Source: Calditrichaceae bacterium
GTDB taxonomy: Bacteria; Calditrichota; Calditrichia; Calditrichales; JBFXGD01
Direction: 5' to 3'
Length of the DNA stretch: 64,000 bases
Assembly (NCBI GenBank): GCA_050173015.1
Contig: JBFXLE010000010.1
Location: forward strand, 32,001-96,000
Shown: positions 60,485-64,000 of the stretch, piece by piece
Layout of the letters: the number at the start of each line of letters is the position of its first letter
How positions within the stretch are numbered: the stretch's first letter is position 1
Program-made: the position numbers and the translations under genes
Notes under the pieces: generated by a model
Seen by the model: the letters and a program-made list of their open reading frames with translations, nothing else
Databases searched by the model: none
Told to the model about the DNA's origin: nothing

Positions 60485-60580
60485 GTCTCAGATGGCTGAA
60501 ATGGCAAGGCATAACTGGAAACCAAGCCTGTTAAGCTTGGTGATAAGGTTACATTGCAGGTTCGAATCCTGCCTGGGGCA
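60485..60580 (+). ncRNA. Atypical tRNA-like RNA (GTT/Asn anticodon loop on an elongated arm)
   Basis: Acceptor GTCTCAG/CTGGGGC+A; D loop with GG; T arm GCAGG-TTCGAAT-CCTGC; ACCAAGC-CTGTTAA-GCTTGGT hairpin; 96 nt. Confidence 0.65.
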
Positions 60581-60620
60581 CAAAATGTAATATTTAAGAG
60601 GGAATGAATTTAATTTTTCT

Positions 60621-60788
60621 ATGAATATTTTTTTTCTACCACTAGGTGACGGTGATGAAATTGGCACCAGCAGTTATTATTTACAAATTGGTAATACAAA
60701 ATTATTATTAGATGCCGGAATAAGGCTAAAGGCATCGTCTGTTTTTCCAAAATATAACTATTTATATAGTAAGCCTCCCTACTCTTAG
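60621..60788 (+). pseudogene. N-terminal fragment of an MBL-fold/beta-CASP ribonuclease
   Basis: MNIFFLPLGDGDEIGTSSYYLQIGNTKLLLDAGIR matches the first strands and motif-1 Asp of CPSF/RNase J-like nucleases; stops before HxHxDH. Confidence 0.65.
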
Positions 60789-60795
60789 CTTTTTT

Positions 60796-60848
60796 ACTTC
60801 CTACTTCTTACTTCTTACTTCCTACTTCTTACTTCCTACTTCTTACTT
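60796..60848 (+). repeat. Heptamer microsatellite (ACTTCCT/ACTTCTT, about 7 copies)
   Basis: TACTTCCTACTTCTTACTTCTTACTTCC...; same heptamers as in the P modules. Confidence 0.85.
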
Positions 60849-60931
60849 TTTCTCCTCCTTGACATCCCATCATAAAACGGGTAAATTTTTTTCTAATTTG
60901 CCAGACGTTCTTATAACATAGATCCGGAATT

Positions 60932-61549
60932 ATGAACACAGAAAACCTATCGGCCGATGAATATCTTGTACCGGCAATGACGGCCAACGCTGAAATCAAA
61001 GTCAAGGGTTCCCGATTTATTGCCGCCATTTTTCACGCGGAGACAAAGGAATCCGCCGAAGAACAGGTTCTGATTTTAAAAAAGACAAATTATAACGCGA
61101 CTCATAACTGTTTTGCTTACAGGATCGATGGCAATCTCTTCCGGTATTCAGATGACGGCGAACCCTCAGGGACCGCCGGGAAGCCCATTTTACAAACAAT
61201 TGACGGTCAGAATATATATGAAGTATTGTGTGTGGTGACTCGATACTTCGGCGGCACAAAACTGGGAACGGGCGGCCTGATACGGGCTTACTCGGAGGCG
61301 GCGGCAGAGGCTTTAAAACAATTGCGGTTAAAAGTGAAGGTCCGATCTGAACTAATCCGTCTGGGGCTGCATTATGAGCAGGAGAACATCATCCGGAATC
61401 TGTTGAATGAATTTAACGGGAAAATTGTGGACAGTGACTATACCGATCAGATTAAAATGGATGTCTCTATCCCGGAAAGCCTGCGCCGGAATTTTGTAGA
61501 ACGACTCACCGAAATCACACATTCAACCGTCACTGTGAAATCCCTTTAA
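60932..61549 (+). CDS. yigZ: YigZ/IMPACT family protein
   Basis: KGSRFIA, ATHNCFAY, SDDGEPSGTAG, VTRYFGGTKLGTGGLIRAY. Confidence 0.93.
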   Translation: MNTENLSADEYLVPAMTANAEIKVKGSRFIAAIFHAETKESAEEQVLILKKTNYNATHNCFAYRIDGNLFRYSDDGEPSGTAGKPILQTIDGQNIYEVLCVVTRYFGGTKLGTGGLIRAYSEAAAEALKQLRLKVKVRSELIRLGLHYEQENIIRNLLNEFNGKIVDSDYTDQIKMDVSIPESLRRNFVERLTEITHSTVTVKSL

Positions 61550-61568
61550 TTAAAAACAAGAGAGTCCC

Positions 61569-62480
61569 ATGGAAGAACGGATTTTAGAAGTCAGCAACGT
61601 TAAGAAGTCTTTTTCCGGTAATCTTGTCATTGATAATTTGTCTTTTAAAGTCAGCGGCGGAGAAACTTTCGGGCTTCTCGGGCCGAATGGCGCCGGTAAA
61701 ACCACCATGATGCGCATGATAATGAATATGATCATGCCGGATGAGGGTGAAATTCTTTATAACGGAAAGCAGCGACGCAAACTCAAATCGCTTCACTTTG
61801 GTTATCTTCCTGAAGAACGCGGTTTGTATCCCCGCGCGACGGTCCTCGAAATGCTGGTTTATTTCGGAACGCTCAACAATCTTTCCACCCGAAAAGCGGA
61901 AGTGGAGGCGATTCGGTATCTTGACAGGCTTAGTATCGTTGAATTTACGGACACGCGCGTGAATCAGCTCTCGAAAGGTATGCAACAGAAAATCCAGTTT
62001 ATCGCCGCGTTTTTGCATAACCCGGATGTTCTCATTCTTGATGAACCATTCGCCGGGCTTGATCCGATCAATCAAATTGTGCTCAGGGATATACTTAATG
62101 AATACAAAAATGACAACAAGATTCTGATTTTATCCACACACCAGATGGATCATGTGGAAAAACTATGCGACCATATCTGTCTGATGAATCAGGGTCAGGT
62201 TATTCTTGACGGCAGCATGGGGAACATAAAAAAATATTACCGAGAAAACGCCTATTCAGTTGAGGCCGATACATCGCTGGCGTTTCTGCATGATTTAAAT
62301 GAAATAAGCATATTGGAAGAAAACAGCAACGCTTATAAGTTTAAAATGAAACCGTCAAATGGTTCTGTCAGTCAGTTAATCACAAAGATCAGCCAGAAAG
62401 CCCGAATCAAAAAATTTGAAGTGGTCGAGCCTTCCCTGCACGATATTTTTCTCAAACTTATTCAGGAAAAAAACAAATAA
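61569..62480 (+). CDS. ABC transporter ATP-binding protein (NatA-like)
   Basis: GPNGAGKTT, GYLPEERGLY, LSKGMQQK, ILDEPFAGLDP. Confidence 0.93.
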   Translation: MEERILEVSNVKKSFSGNLVIDNLSFKVSGGETFGLLGPNGAGKTTMMRMIMNMIMPDEGEILYNGKQRRKLKSLHFGYLPEERGLYPRATVLEMLVYFGTLNNLSTRKAEVEAIRYLDRLSIVEFTDTRVNQLSKGMQQKIQFIAAFLHNPDVLILDEPFAGLDPINQIVLRDILNEYKNDNKILILSTHQMDHVEKLCDHICLMNQGQVILDGSMGNIKKYYRENAYSVEADTSLAFLHDLNEISILEENSNAYKFKMKPSNGSVSQLITKISQKARIKKFEVVEPSLHDIFLKLIQEKNK

Positions 62481-62498
62481 CGGCAAAAGAGGATACCG

Positions 62499-64000
62499 AT
62501 GAAAAATTTATTCCGGATCGCCCGCTGGGAATTCAAGACCCGTTTTCGCTCCCGGTCATATATTTTCAATACATTCATCACTCCGTTTCTTTTTGTGATC
62601 CTGCTTACACTGCCCATATATTTTTTCCATTATCAGCCGGAGGTTTCCACCAAGCTGGTCGGTGTCATCGACCTGACCGGTGAAAAAATCGCCGATGATC
62701 TTCAGCAGGAGCTCAATCGTTATTACCGGCTAAAAAACCAATCACCGGAATATATGATCCTCAATGTCTCTGTCAACAATTCAAAGTCTTATATGCAAAA
62801 GCAGAATGAATTCAATGAAATTCTGGCGCGGCAGGATTCTTTGAACGCGCTGTATAATCAGATTAAGGATGAACGAACGGACTATTATAAGAACACAAAA
62901 ACCAGGAATCGCGCGTTCATGCTGAAATCATCCTATGAAAGACTTCAGGAAACCCGTGAAGAAAAAGAGCTTGTCGATATAGAAGCTACTCGGTTTAAAG
63001 CCACGGTGGACTCTGTATATGAGCGTGAAGCTCGTGTGATGGCTGATTCACTCCTGATCTCCAATGTGTTGAACGCCTATCTGGTATTCTCCGGAAATTT
63101 TACAAAAACAGGAAACATGGAGCACCATTCACAGAATCCCGGCGATTTTCTGGATACCGAACGCCTGGATAAGATCCTCCAAAATATTATCATAAAGAAA
63201 CGCATCACCGATGATAATATTGACAATACAACCGTCGCCAAATGGCTGAAACCGGTGCATATCAGAAAGTATCAGCTCTTTGCCAAAGGGCAGAAAGAAT
63301 GGAATTTTTATGTTCAGTTTTACGGGCCCATCATTGGTGTTTTTCTTTTGTTTATCGCGATTTTTACCACCGGCGGCTATCTGTTTAGCGGGGTTCTATC
63401 CGAAAAGTCAAATAAAGTCATGGAAGTGCTTCTCTCCTTTGCCAGCAGCAGACAAATAATGGCGGGTAAAATTCTCGGATTGGGCCTCCTCGGGCTGCTT
63501 CAAATCTTTATCTGGTTCGGAATGACCGCGCTGATCATTTCATCCGGAGTGCTTCCGAACCAGGATATCAGTTACCTTAACGCGGAACACGCGCTTTATT
63601 TTCTGCTTTATTTCAGCCTTGGTTTTTTATTTTATGGATCTATTTTTGTCACCGTGGGATCCTTTTTCACGAGCGAATACGATGCCCAGCAGGTAAACCA
63701 GTTTTTGCGCGCGATTGCCGTTTTCCCGATATTTTTATCGCTGCTTGTTCTGGCGGAACCGAATTCGCTTCTTATCCGCGCTCTTAGCTATATTCCAATT
63801 TTCACGCCTTCGTTCATGATATTAAGAATACCGCTAAGCAGTACGCCCATTACGACTGATATCTATATCACAACAGTGATTTTGGTTATTTCCATAGTAT
63901 TTATCCTTTTTATCGCTGGTCGGATATTCAGGATGGCTACGCTAATGCAGGGGAAAAAACCATCATGGAATGAAATTTTCAGGTGGATACGATTTTCCTG
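62499..64000 (+). CDS. ABC-2 type permease (NatB-like); stop probably just past the edge (ends ...TCC TG)
   Basis: Not in the ORF track. MKNLFRIARWEFKTRFRSRSY...VLSEKSNKVMEVLLS...MAGKILG...LSYIPIFTPSFMILR. Confidence 0.88.
   Translation, partial: MKNLFRIARWEFKTRFRSRSYIFNTFITPFLFVILLTLPIYFFHYQPEVSTKLVGVIDLTGEKIADDLQQELNRYYRLKNQSPEYMILNVSVNNSKSYMQKQNEFNEILARQDSLNALYNQIKDERTDYYKNTKTRNRAFMLKSSYERLQETREEKELVDIEATRFKATVDSVYEREARVMADSLLISNVLNAYLVFSGNFTKTGNMEHHSQNPGDFLDTERLDKILQNIIIKKRITDDNIDNTTVAKWLKPVHIRKYQLFAKGQKEWNFYVQFYGPIIGVFLLFIAIFTTGGYLFSGVLSEKSNKVMEVLLSFASSRQIMAGKILGLGLLGLLQIFIWFGMTALIISSGVLPNQDISYLNAEHALYFLLYFSLGFLFYGSIFVTVGSFFTSEYDAQQVNQFLRAIAVFPIFLSLLVLAEPNSLLIRALSYIPIFTPSFMILRIPLSSTPITTDIYITTVILVISIVFILFIAGRIFRMATLMQGKKPSWNEIFRWIRFS

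Noticed and set aside
60485-60580. selC (tRNA-Sec) or tmRNA
   Set aside because: No TCA anticodon or 8-bp acceptor stem; no G3-U70 alanine identity or tag reading frame

Overview
Bacterial chromosomal window, probably from the FCB group (Calditrichota-like). This assignment is inferred from the QNYPNPFNP-type C-terminal tails, the Bacteroidota-type sdhCAB and the smg-topA-xerC-hpf-hprK order. 1-9.4 kb: ECF sigma/anti-sigma/Spy-CpxP/MacAB/CotH/HlyD/VTC locus with three matching CGCAAG-N16-CGTCT promoters. 9.5-11.4 kb: a REP-associated (Y1/HUH) transposase whose internal palindrome and 3' end are amplified into 60-bp arrays of 1, 4 and 10 copies, next to tRNA-Phe. 12-27 kb: housekeeping genes (MlaD, PTS IIB/IIA, hprK, hpf, xerC, topA, smg, recJ, a UvrD with an inserted DEDDh exonuclease, holC). 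28-31.8 kb: an MNIO (DUF692/DUF2063) RiPP cluster with an EGKCG-repeat precursor and a sodium:solute symporter. 32-44.7 kb: MATE, Sua5/YciO, MBL hydrolase, DPP-IV, sdhCAB and a FadL-like/lipoprotein pair. 44.7-52.7 kb: a sigma54 two-component system whose kinase has an FG-GAP/ASPIC-UnbV sensor, with candidate promoter and enhancer boxes, followed by an S8 protease preceded by a stand-alone copy of its propeptide. 52.7-60.9 kb: an accessory region with an IS21 remnant, REP-like hairpins, an attC-like site, FkbM/GT2, a 1.35-kb modular non-coding repeat, UbiA, a 20-21-bp G-rich repeat, and an atypical tRNA(Asn)-like RNA next to a truncated beta-CASP nuclease gene. The window ends with YigZ and an ABC transporter. 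All calls were made by eye from motifs; no searches were run.
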